From the NCBI GenBank assembly GCA_026418715.1, contig JAOAAV010000015.1:6754-70753 (forward strand): a DNA stretch of 64,000 nucleotides, given 5' to 3'. This document shows positions 36,486 to 45,344 of this stretch, piece after piece. The notes beneath the pieces were generated by a model. The model saw nothing but the letters and a program-made list of their open reading frames with translations, made no database searches and was not told the DNA's origin. Position numbers and translations under genes: made by a program. The number at the start of each line of letters is the position of its first letter. Positions within the stretch are counted from its first letter, which is position 1. The DNA comes from Clostridia bacterium. GTDB lineage: Bacteria > Bacillota > Clostridia > UBA1381.

Positions 36486-38147
36486 ATGCGCAAGATAAAT
36501 GATATTAAAAAACAATCCTTTATGACCAACGTTGCCATTATTCTGTTTTCACAGGTTATGATAAAACTTTTGGGCATGGTGTACAGGCTTGTTATTACAA
36601 ATGTACGAGGATTTGGTGATGCGGGCAACGGTTACTTTTCCGCAGGCTTTCAAATTTATACCCTGCTTTTGGCGGTATCGTCGGTAGGAATTCCTAATGC
36701 CATTGCGAAAATGGTGTCTGAAAGAACAGCACTTGGTGATTATAAAGGTGCACATAAAATTTTCAAGACGGCGTTTTTTCTTTTCGCCTTCATAGGCGTA
36801 CTTGCATCTGTCATTCTTTTTGTGGGAGCAGAGTTTATATCTGTTCAGGTAATTAAAATGGAAGGCGCAAAATATACACTTATGTCCCTTGCTCCGTCAA
36901 TCTTTTTTGTGTGTGTTTCATCGGTTATACGAGGCTACTTCAGCGGTTTGGAAAATATGAAAGCGACTAGCCAATCACAGGTACTTGAGCAAATTTTCAA
37001 ATGCTTTGCCACGATATTGATTGTATATATGCTAATCGGCCAGCCTCCTGAAATTATGGCGGCGGGAGCGAACTTTTCGTCATCTGTTTCCACAGGACTA
37101 AGCTTTTTGTACTTATATGTTTTCTATACCCGAAGAAAGAAGGCTATTTGGCAGAAGGTTAGAAGTTCTACAGTCGAAAGTCCGAACAAACCTATTCGGA
37201 TTATGATAAAAAGCATATTGATGATTTCTATTCCGATTTCATTAGGCTCAATTATTACCGCAATCAATCGCATTATTGACACGGCAACCATAACAAGAGG
37301 TATAGAAACGGCATTTGCGGCCGGAATTCCTGGGAAAATAGGAATTCCGACACCCGAAGAGTTGAACCGTGAGGCTGTTCGCCTTGCAGGAATTCTCTCT
37401 AAAAGCGATGTGCTTATAAATATGCCGCTTGCTCTTAATATAGCTTTTTCCACCGTTTTGGTACCGTCCGTTTCAGGTGCGCTTGCACTTGGAAAGGTCA
37501 AGGAAGCGGCAAACAAGGTATCTTATTCACTGCTTATTTCAATTCTTCTGATTATGCCGTGCGCAATCGGATACACCGCTTTGGCAAAGCCGATTTATAT
37601 GCTGCTCTATCCAAATGCAAAGCTGGGTTTTGAGCTTTTGCAGCTAAGCTCCGTCGCATTGATATTTACGGCGCTCAATCAGACAATATCAGGCTCTCTT
37701 CAGGGCATGGGCAAGGTTTTTGTCCCTGCCACAGGACTTTTTTTCGGCTGTATTGCAAAAATCATATTAAACATTGTATTGATTCGTCAGCCTCACATTA
37801 ATATAGCTGGTGCCGCCATAAGCTCTATTGTGTGTCAAATGATAGCTTTCGGTATCAGCTTTGGAGTTTTAAGCAGAAATCTGCCTATAAAAATTGGTTT
37901 TATAAAATATGTTTTAAAACCAATTTTGGCAAGTGCCGCAATGGGGGGCATAGCTGTGCTGTCATACAGGGGATTGATGTTTTTGTTCAGGTCTAATACT
38001 ATTTCCACACTTTTGGCGATTGCACTTTCTGCTGCTGTATATTTTTCCCTAGTGCTTGCCCTAAAAATCATGACCAGAGAGGAAATTTTATTTTTGCCCA
38101 TGGGAGGAAGGATTTTAGCTTTTCTTGAAAAAATAAAAATATATTAA
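36486..38147 (+). CDS. MOP/MurJ-superfamily flippase, SpoVB-like polysaccharide biosynthesis protein
   Basis: 553 aa with about 14 TM segments. The N-terminal pattern LFSQVMIKLLGMVYRLVITNVRGFGDAGNGYFSAGFQIY is typical of SpoVB/putative polysaccharide biosynthesis proteins. Confidence 0.8.
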   Translation: MRKINDIKKQSFMTNVAIILFSQVMIKLLGMVYRLVITNVRGFGDAGNGYFSAGFQIYTLLLAVSSVGIPNAIAKMVSERTALGDYKGAHKIFKTAFFLFAFIGVLASVILFVGAEFISVQVIKMEGAKYTLMSLAPSIFFVCVSSVIRGYFSGLENMKATSQSQVLEQIFKCFATILIVYMLIGQPPEIMAAGANFSSSVSTGLSFLYLYVFYTRRKKAIWQKVRSSTVESPNKPIRIMIKSILMISIPISLGSIITAINRIIDTATITRGIETAFAAGIPGKIGIPTPEELNREAVRLAGILSKSDVLINMPLALNIAFSTVLVPSVSGALALGKVKEAANKVSYSLLISILLIMPCAIGYTALAKPIYMLLYPNAKLGFELLQLSSVALIFTALNQTISGSLQGMGKVFVPATGLFFGCIAKIILNIVLIRQPHINIAGAAISSIVCQMIAFGISFGVLSRNLPIKIGFIKYVLKPILASAAMGGIAVLSYRGLMFLFRSNTISTLLAIALSAAVYFSLVLALKIMTREEILFLPMGGRILAFLEKIKIY

Positions 38148-38167
38148 TTTTCTGTGTAAAATATAAA

Positions 38168-38386
38168 TTACCCATAGCTCAAATGCAGTATTTTTTCAAT
38201 GAAAAACTGAATCCCCAATATAGGGCTTGGGATTTCTACTTTAAAGGCCTGAAGGGAAGCTATTATGAAAGCAAAAATATAAAATATTGAAAACACAATC
38301 AAATCTTTCCATTCCTTTCTGTTTATTAGCTTGGGAACATCAAGCCACGCAATAAGTGCGAACGCAATTATTACAAGTACAATCAT
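38168..38386 (-). CDS. Small 2-TM protein at the 3' end of the ger operon (germinant-receptor D-protein-like)
   Basis: 72 aa (MIVLVIIAFALIAWLDVPKLINRKEWKDLIVFSIFYIFAFIIASLQ...). The RBS GGAGGTG precedes it, and its ATG overlaps the gerXB stop (ATGA at 38386-38383). The longer 124-aa ORF version would overlap gerXB. Confidence 0.5.
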   Translation of the reverse strand: MIVLVIIAFALIAWLDVPKLINRKEWKDLIVFSIFYIFAFIIASLQAFKVEIPSPILGIQFFIEKILHLSYG

Positions 38387-39477
38387 TTTGACACCTCCCT
38401 TCCTTTGCGAAATCGTATCATTGCTGCCACGAATGTTATTGTGGGCAAAACAGCCTCGAAAAAAAGCGAATAAAATGATGCGGGACCTTTCCCCCAATAA
38501 GCGTGTTCTACCGAAGAATTGAATGCAATCATAGTAAAGCAAATGATTAAAGCGCCAATCGAAGGAACAAGCATTTGATAAGAATTCAGATTTAACATCT
38601 CTTCAATCGCTTTAACCGTAACATAAAAAAGAACACTCACTTTAAAAAATATAAGAGTGATAAGGACAATGGCATAAAGAGTTTCCATTCTTGTTATAAT
38701 GTCGCCTATGTTAATCAATTTTATCGCTTCAAAATTTGGATTTGATAAAACGTGTATTGTAGGCCCTAATACGGAAATGTTTCTTATCTCTACTATTAAA
38801 AGTGTTAAACCTCCGATACATAAACCGACAAAAAAGGACTTTTTTACATTTTGTAAGTCTTTAAGACTTGGCATGAACATCAAAAAGGCAATAATTTCGC
38901 AAAAAGGCAGAGCAGAGGCTGTAAGCGTTCCCTGCACATACTTTATAAACGGCAGCGTAAATGATGGCTTTAAATTTACAAGCTTCATGTTTTTCCATAG
39001 CAGCAAGGTATTTAAAATCGATATTGCGTAGGTTATAAATATAAATAAAAAGCTGCATCGCATAATCCCTTCCGCTCCGCTCCTTGCCGCCCAGCCGCAC
39101 ATAAAAACAAAAAGAAGACAGATTGCAAGGTTCGGTGTTTCAGGCAATAAAGACGAGCTTATAAAACCATTCAATTGGTTTATATTCAAAAAGCAAAGCG
39201 AGAAAAAGAAAAATACATAAAAAGCAGAGAACACTTTTCCTAGTATTTTCCCGAAAACAATGTCGTTTATTTTTATTAGGCTTTTGCCTGGAAATTTTGC
39301 GGCAAGCGCCGTATACATCCAAATTATCGGCAGGCTCACGATAAAGCCTGTAATAACAACAATCCATGCATCTTTTTTTGCCGTTGAACTTAGAAATGAA
39401 GTCAAGGGAGTTGACCCCTGAATAAAGCATCCTATGGAAAACAGCAATAAGGAAGATGATATTTGTTCTCTTTGCAT
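38383..39477 (-). CDS. Spore germination protein, GerAB/GerKB (B subunit, APC-type permease), copy 2
   Basis: 364 aa with 10 TM segments. The pattern MQREQISSSLLLFSIGCFIQGS... is typical of the Spore_permease family. By eye it is about two-thirds identical to the upstream copy. Confidence 0.85.
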   Translation of the reverse strand: MQREQISSSLLLFSIGCFIQGSTPLTSFLSSTAKKDAWIVVITGFIVSLPIIWMYTALAAKFPGKSLIKINDIVFGKILGKVFSAFYVFFFFSLCFLNINQLNGFISSSLLPETPNLAICLLFVFMCGWAARSGAEGIMRCSFLFIFITYAISILNTLLLWKNMKLVNLKPSFTLPFIKYVQGTLTASALPFCEIIAFLMFMPSLKDLQNVKKSFFVGLCIGGLTLLIVEIRNISVLGPTIHVLSNPNFEAIKLINIGDIITRMETLYAIVLITLIFFKVSVLFYVTVKAIEEMLNLNSYQMLVPSIGALIICFTMIAFNSSVEHAYWGKGPASFYSLFFEAVLPTITFVAAMIRFRKGREVSK

Positions 39478-39527
39478 AATTACTCCTCTTTCGGATAAAT
39501 TACTATATTTTCTATGTTAATCTTCTA

Positions 39528-40628
39528 TCACGTTTTAAATTGACGATTTTCCCTGTTGCGAAACCTTGTAATTGCCGCTATGAAGGTAATTGACGGCAAA
39601 ACCACCTCAAAAAATGTTGAATAAAATGCCACAACATTTTCACCCCAGTAAGCATCCTCTGCCGATGAACTGAAAACGATCATTGAAAAGCTGATAATCA
39701 ATGCTCCTACAGATGGTACAAGGATACGGTAAGAATGAAGATGAAACAATTCCTCGATTGCCTTGACCGTAACGTAAAAAAGAATGCTTATCTTGAAAAA
39801 GAAAAGAATAATCAGCATGATGCCATAAATTGATTCCATTCTGGTAATAAATCCCCAAACATTAATTAATCTAATCGCTTCATAGTTAGGATTTGACTCA
39901 ATATTCACAATGGATCCCAATACTGCAATATTTCTTAACAGCACTATAAGAAGCGTAGCGCCGCCGATACATAGTCCTCCGAAAAATGCTTTTCCAAAAT
40001 CCCGAGGATTTTTAAGATTTGAAGAAAACATTAAAAATACTACAGTGTCGCAAAAGGGTAGTGCCGCTGTTATATGAGTACCTTGCACATATTTTATGAA
40101 AGGCAGAGTAAATGACGGTTTTAAATTTATAAGCTTAATATCTTTCCATGACAGCACAATATTTAAAAATACAGTTGCAAAAGCGAGAAAGACAAACAGG
40201 GCTCCATATCTTGCAATTACTTCTATTCCTCCGACGACGGCCCAAGTGCAAACGAGAACAAACAGCAAGTATATTGATAAAATCGGGGTGTCTGGCAGAA
40301 GCGAGCCCCCTACAAAGCCTCCGAACAGATTTACATTCAAAAAGCAAAGCGAGAAAAAGAAGAATATATAGAAAACAGAAAATATTTTTCCGAACACCTT
40401 GCCTAAGACAATATCATTTATTTCTATAAGGCTTTTCCCAGGAAATTTTGCGGCAAGTGCCGTATACATCCAAATCATCGGAAGACTGACAAGAAAACCG
40501 AAAATAACCACAACCCATGAGTCCTGTTTTGTGACCGAAGTCAAAAATGATGTCAGCGAGGATGAAGCTTGAATAAGGCATCCTATTGAAAACAAGAATA
40601 AAGAAGACGATATTTGTTCTTTTTGCAT
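39528..40628 (-). CDS. Spore germination protein, GerAB/GerKB (B subunit), copy 1
   Basis: 366 aa, collinear with 38383-39477. Confidence 0.85.
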   Translation of the reverse strand: MQKEQISSSLFLFSIGCLIQASSSLTSFLTSVTKQDSWVVVIFGFLVSLPMIWMYTALAAKFPGKSLIEINDIVLGKVFGKIFSVFYIFFFFSLCFLNVNLFGGFVGGSLLPDTPILSIYLLFVLVCTWAVVGGIEVIARYGALFVFLAFATVFLNIVLSWKDIKLINLKPSFTLPFIKYVQGTHITAALPFCDTVVFLMFSSNLKNPRDFGKAFFGGLCIGGATLLIVLLRNIAVLGSIVNIESNPNYEAIRLINVWGFITRMESIYGIMLIILFFFKISILFYVTVKAIEELFHLHSYRILVPSVGALIISFSMIVFSSSAEDAYWGENVVAFYSTFFEVVLPSITFIAAITRFRNRENRQFKT

Positions 40629-40630
40629 AA

Positions 40631-41812
40631 TTACTCCTCTTCCGGATAATTAGGCTTTGCTATATTTCCTGTTTTGTTGATTTTAACGTCTATGTCATAT
40701 TCTATTTGTATTGTTTTAAAAAGCTGGTCCCAGTCCTTTTTGATATTTTCCCACTTTCTAGGATATTTAGACTGTACCGATTGACTGAAGTGAAAAATAT
40801 CCGCATCAAGTTCCATTGCTTTATCAACGGCGCTTTGGATCTCTTCTTGTATTTTTTCTTCTCCGGCTATTTCAAGAAGATGGAGATTTTCAGGCGTTGC
40901 AAAATTTTCTGAGCCTTCTTGACTTCCCAAACTGCTTTTTTCTGCTATTTTTATTTTGAATACTATAGTCCCGTCCTCGTTTATTTTAGGTTCAACTTTG
41001 CTCTTTGCGCTGATTATTTCAAGGGTTGCATTTTGATCCTTTGCGTTTACTCTAAGCAGACCGCTTTTTATTTTCCCCGTCACCCATAACATTCCTCTGG
41101 TTTGTGTTTTATCAAGCTCGCCTACCGCCTTATCCTCTTTGAAAACAGCACCGCCTGCAATTTTATAGTGTTTTTTTCCGCCTTCCTCAAGCACTTCAAT
41201 TAAAGGTGCAACCGCTGAACAAGTCTTGCTTGTAAGGCAGGACATAAAGTCAAAGAGTCGAAGCGTTGCAGTTTCGGATGTTGCATTTTGCATTTCTAAA
41301 ATTTGCTCTATATCGGCGGCAGGCAAAGACAAATATTCCGGTTCCGCCTCAAAAATACTTTTGGCTTTTCCCTTTGCAACGAGAACATTTACGGTAAGCC
41401 GTGTTTCATGATCTCGCAAAAAAAAGTCCAAGCTGTCTCTAACCCCCTTTGAAGCAAAGTCCTTTCCAAATACAATAATTTGGTTGTGAGGGAAATAAAG
41501 TTTTCGGTTGACCTCGTGTGTATAACCTCTTATGATGGGGAAAATATCGGGACCGGAATCCGTCAAGTTAACAATATCCATACCGCCTCCGCCTTTTTCA
41601 CTTTTGCTTTTTTTTGAGCCTGATTTGCTGAGATTAACAACCTGTGCGGTTACTTCAATATCATTAGAATTCTCGGCACTGTCAAGTCCCATACCTATTA
41701 CCACATTGAGCGCATTTAGTTCCCGTGCGTTCCAGCAGCCGGACAAACTTAATAAAAATATGCATAATACAAATATTTTAGTGAATTTTCTGACCCTTAT
41801 AAGAAAACACAT
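40631..41812 (-). CDS. Ger(x)C-family germination lipoprotein (C subunit)
   Basis: Lipobox LLSLSGCWNARELN followed by the GerAC pattern (ELNALNVVIGMGLD). The start is taken at MCFLIRVRKF, 5 nt after the A-subunit stop; the ORF extends to 41890. Confidence 0.85.
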   Translation of the reverse strand: MCFLIRVRKFTKIFVLCIFLLSLSGCWNARELNALNVVIGMGLDSAENSNDIEVTAQVVNLSKSGSKKSKSEKGGGGMDIVNLTDSGPDIFPIIRGYTHEVNRKLYFPHNQIIVFGKDFASKGVRDSLDFFLRDHETRLTVNVLVAKGKAKSIFEAEPEYLSLPAADIEQILEMQNATSETATLRLFDFMSCLTSKTCSAVAPLIEVLEEGGKKHYKIAGGAVFKEDKAVGELDKTQTRGMLWVTGKIKSGLLRVNAKDQNATLEIISAKSKVEPKINEDGTIVFKIKIAEKSSLGSQEGSENFATPENLHLLEIAGEEKIQEEIQSAVDKAMELDADIFHFSQSVQSKYPRKWENIKKDWDQLFKTIQIEYDIDVKINKTGNIAKPNYPEEE

Positions 41813-41816
41813 CAGT

Positions 41817-43385
41817 TTACTTATCCTTTCTCTGCATAGGATTGTGAATAAAATTCCCATGTCTTTTCGGATTTTTTTTGGACATTCCATTTGGTCTTCT
41901 TCTCATTGTCCATAATGGAGCACGTATAACGGCGTCTTTATTTCCCTTTATATCAAACGGAACAACAGGGAAAAGATACGGAAAGGAAAAAGATTTCAGC
42001 GAAGATAAATGCACCAGAGTCCCCAATAAACCCATTGTAATCCCATAAAGCCCCATAGTTGCTGCCAGTATCAGAAATATAAATCTTAATATTGCCGCAG
42101 AGTCTGCTTGATATGGAATATTAAAAATTGATACGGCAGTTATCGCAATTATGATTACCATAGGCGCGCCCACTATTCCAGCAGATACCGCAGCCTCTCC
42201 CATAACCAAAGCTCCTACGATGCTAAGCGCTTGACCTATGGTTCTTGGCATTCTAACGCCGGCTTCCCTTAATATCTCAAAGGCAAGAAGCATGATTAAG
42301 GTTTCGATAAAAGCGGGAAACGGAATACCCTCTCTTGCCTCCATCATGGTAAACAACAGCTTTGTAGGAATTAATTCCTGATGAAATGTCGTAATGGCGA
42401 CATATACCGCAGGTGCAAGGATGGTGATTAAATAAGAGATATATCTTACTATTCTCAGCATATTCATAAAATAGAAACGAGAATAGTAATCCTCGGTGGT
42501 TTGGAAGCTTTCAACAAAGAACATTGGAACTGTGAGCACAAAAGGGGTGCCGTCAACTATAATGGCAACTCGACCCTCTAATATTTTAGCCGCCACGACA
42601 TCAGGCTTTTCCGTATATGCAACTGTCGAAAAAATAGAAAGCGGCGCATCTTCGATGTATTGTTCGATATAGCCGGATTCTAATATGGAATCCGTATCTA
42701 TTTTTTCAAGCCGGCTTTTAACTTCATCAACCAGCTCTGTATTGGCTATTCCCTTAATGTATACCACACAGACCGCAGTATTTGTACTTTTTCCGATTAC
42801 CGTCTTATCTATCACAAGGTTTGGATTTCTGATTTTTCTTCTCAACAATGATGTATTTGTCCTCATATTTTCGGTAAAACCCTCTCGTGAGCCTCTTATT
42901 ACCGATTCTGTCTGGGGTTCCTCCACACTTCGTTTTTCCCATTCTGTTGTGTTTATTACCAGTGCTTTGTTGGATCCATCCATCAGTAAGACAGTATTAC
43001 CCGCCAAGAACCCCTCTATAACTTTGTCCATACTGTCAACATCTTTTACTTCACTCACCGCAATCATCTGCAGTTTTATCTTTTCAATATCTGGCGAATC
43101 AATTTCCGAACATTTAAATCCGTACATTAAAGGTTCGATTATGCTTTCGTTTATGACTTTTTTGTCTGTCATGCCATCTATAAAAATCAATGCGGCGCAA
43201 ACTCCATGCCCGAATGAAAATTCACGCATGATAACATCACTGCTGTTTCCGACAGTGGATTTGATATCGCCTAAATTTTCTTTAAGACTTTTTGAAATTT
43301 TGCTTTCTTTGTCTTTTGCCGTATTTTTTTCTTGTAACTTTTCATTTTGCATTGACTTTAATCTTTTTTTAATGAATTCAAACAT
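41817..43385 (-). CDS. Spore germination protein GerAA/GerKA (A subunit)
   Basis: 522 aa. It has a soluble N-domain with DVIMREFSFG...ALIFIDGMTD and a C-terminal block of 5-6 TM segments, as in the GerA family. Confidence 0.9.
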   Translation of the reverse strand: MFEFIKKRLKSMQNEKLQEKNTAKDKESKISKSLKENLGDIKSTVGNSSDVIMREFSFGHGVCAALIFIDGMTDKKVINESIIEPLMYGFKCSEIDSPDIEKIKLQMIAVSEVKDVDSMDKVIEGFLAGNTVLLMDGSNKALVINTTEWEKRSVEEPQTESVIRGSREGFTENMRTNTSLLRRKIRNPNLVIDKTVIGKSTNTAVCVVYIKGIANTELVDEVKSRLEKIDTDSILESGYIEQYIEDAPLSIFSTVAYTEKPDVVAAKILEGRVAIIVDGTPFVLTVPMFFVESFQTTEDYYSRFYFMNMLRIVRYISYLITILAPAVYVAITTFHQELIPTKLLFTMMEAREGIPFPAFIETLIMLLAFEILREAGVRMPRTIGQALSIVGALVMGEAAVSAGIVGAPMVIIIAITAVSIFNIPYQADSAAILRFIFLILAATMGLYGITMGLLGTLVHLSSLKSFSFPYLFPVVPFDIKGNKDAVIRAPLWTMRRRPNGMSKKNPKRHGNFIHNPMQRKDK

Positions 43386-43665
43386 ATATTTCTCCTGTAA
43401 TTGCTTATTTAAGGTTTTAATGGTTATCTACATACAATATTTTCTTTTATTTCGTCAAATTTATTCCTGCTTTTTTACACTATGAAACTTCATTTCCTGT
43501 AAAAACTTTTATTATGTATTGCAAAATATAACTTGATGTAGTAAAATACATAAGATGAACAAACATTTGACTTGTGCGGAATATGTATAAGAGAAAGGCG
43601 TTTTGGATGTGCTATATGTGTTATGAAAATGATTTTTTCGCAGCATATATAACGGATGGTGATAA

Positions 43666-44259
43666 ATGATGAGAATTGTAGCAGCAACGAAAAATGAGGG
43701 CAAAATTAAAGAATTTCAAGCCATACTGGGTAAATTGGATATCACGGTTGTTTCTCTTGCGGAGGCGGGTATAGATGCCGATGTCGAGGAAACTGGAGAT
43801 ACTTTTGAGAAAAATGCGCTTATTAAGGCAAGAGCAATTTCGATGATGTGCGATGAACCGGTTCTTGCTGATGATTCAGGCCTTTGCGTGGATGCTCTTG
43901 ACGGAAAACCCGGTGTATTTTCGGCTCGGTACGCGGGTGAAGGTGCTACGGATCGGGATCTGATGAATAAAATTCTTGCAGAACTGGGGAATACGAAAAA
44001 CAGAAAGGCAAAATTTGTTTCAGCTGTTGCGCTTGTTTTTCCAAACGGAGATGAGATTACTGCAGTTGGTGAGGCACATGGTTCTATTGTCTATGAACCT
44101 CAGGGGGAAAACGGCTTTGGATATGATCCTATTTTTTACTCCGATGAGCTGAAAAAGACTTTTGCACAGGCGGAGGATGAGGAAAAAAACAGGGTAAGTC
44201 ACCGTGCGAGAGCATTGGAGGATTTATATGCAAAGCTTGCCGCAATGATGGAAAAATAA
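43666..44259 (+). CDS. rdgB: Non-canonical purine NTP pyrophosphatase (RdgB/HAM1)
   Basis: 197 aa with ATKNEGKIKEF, ETGDTFEKNA, DDSGLCVDAL and GFGYDPIF. Confidence 0.9.
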   Translation: MMRIVAATKNEGKIKEFQAILGKLDITVVSLAEAGIDADVEETGDTFEKNALIKARAISMMCDEPVLADDSGLCVDALDGKPGVFSARYAGEGATDRDLMNKILAELGNTKNRKAKFVSAVALVFPNGDEITAVGEAHGSIVYEPQGENGFGYDPIFYSDELKKTFAQAEDEEKNRVSHRARALEDLYAKLAAMMEK

Positions 44260-44349
44260 TTATTCCCTTATTTTTACGGTGTCCGTTGGTGAAGTATAAC
44301 GCATAGGGGAAGTTCTATGTGTTATTTTTGCGTTATGAGGAGAGAAGAT

Positions 44350-44865
44350 ATGGATATTTATATCGAACATATTGTAAAGCATAAGAAAACCATTAAAGAT
44401 TATGCAGCAGTGACTGGGATTATTGTTGGTGCGCTTGTTTTAAGTATGGCGTGCTTGCTTTTTAGGGCGTATTTGTTTGGGCTTTCCTTTATTGTTATTG
44501 CATTAATATGTTATGGGGCGTATATGCTCATAACCAGCCTTAACATAGAATATGAGTATATTTTAACAAACGGTGAGCTGGATATTGATAAAATTATTGC
44601 AAAGCGCGGAAGAAAGCGCATAATAACTGTTAATTTCAAAGAGGTTGAGCTTTGTGCAAGGGTAAACGATGCTAAATTCCAAAATGAATATAAAAACACA
44701 CAAAGCATAGGACAAACTCTGTTTTTGGCAGGGGATATCAAATCCGAGGGGATATATTTTGCCGATTTTCATCAGGATGGGGTTAAAAAAAGAGTTTTGT
44801 TTGAGCCTAATGAGAGAATCATTGAGGGAATAAAAAAAATAAATCCGAGGAATGTTTATGTATAA
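44350..44865 (+). CDS. Hypothetical 2-TM membrane protein
   Basis: About 171 aa. The start is taken at MDIYIEHIV behind GAGGAGAG. Two adjacent TM helices are followed by a soluble domain. I recognise no family with confidence. Confidence 0.55.
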   Translation: MDIYIEHIVKHKKTIKDYAAVTGIIVGALVLSMACLLFRAYLFGLSFIVIALICYGAYMLITSLNIEYEYILTNGELDIDKIIAKRGRKRIITVNFKEVELCARVNDAKFQNEYKNTQSIGQTLFLAGDIKSEGIYFADFHQDGVKKRVLFEPNERIIEGIKKINPRNVYV

Positions 44866-44887
44866 TTTAGGTATAAGAGGTAAAGGA

Positions 44888-45256
44888 ATGATTGTCGGGG
44901 TCGGAACGGACATTATTGAAATAGAAAGAATCAGAAGAGCTATTGACGGAGGAGTTTTTCTCACCAGATATTTCAGCGAAAATGAGAATGAATATTTTTC
45001 AAAATTGAGCAACAAGGCACAGTCTGTGGCATGCAGCTTTGCCGCAAAGGAAGCGTTCGCCAAAACACTCGGTACGGGTATTCGGGGCTTTGTACTCAAA
45101 GAGGTTGAAATTTTGCATGACGAAATGGGGAAACCGTATATTTCGTTGCTTGGGGATGCAAAAAAAGTTGCCGCGTCAAAGGGGATCAAAAGGTTTCATG
45201 TTTCTTTATCGCATTGCAGAGAGTATGCGATTGCTTATGTTGTGGCTGAAAAATAA
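44888..45256 (+). CDS. acpS: Holo-ACP synthase
   Basis: MIVGVGTDIIEIERI and FAAKEAFAKTLGTG are AcpS hallmarks. The ORF extends to 44852. Confidence 0.9.
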   Translation: MIVGVGTDIIEIERIRRAIDGGVFLTRYFSENENEYFSKLSNKAQSVACSFAAKEAFAKTLGTGIRGFVLKEVEILHDEMGKPYISLLGDAKKVAASKGIKRFHVSLSHCREYAIAYVVAEK

Positions 45257-45344
45257 TTAAATCGTCGCTTTTTTGATAATAAGAACTTATAGTGAAAGAA
45301 TTTGTTTCATTTGTGCAAATTTGATGAATTGATGCTATAGGGAG

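Noticed and set aside
38168-38542. 124-aa version of the small ORF at the end of the ger operon.
   Set aside because: Its first 52 codons overlap the 3' end of the gerXB gene in another frame and read as non-membrane junk. The internal ATG, with a GGAGGTG RBS and ATGA coupling, is the credible start.
43386-43665. Possible oriC at the divergent strand switch.
   Set aside because: I found only one 8/9 DnaA-box match (TTATCTACA). There is no box cluster and no dnaA or dnaN nearby. The AT-richness is no greater than in other intergenic regions. I kept it only as a strand-bias observation.
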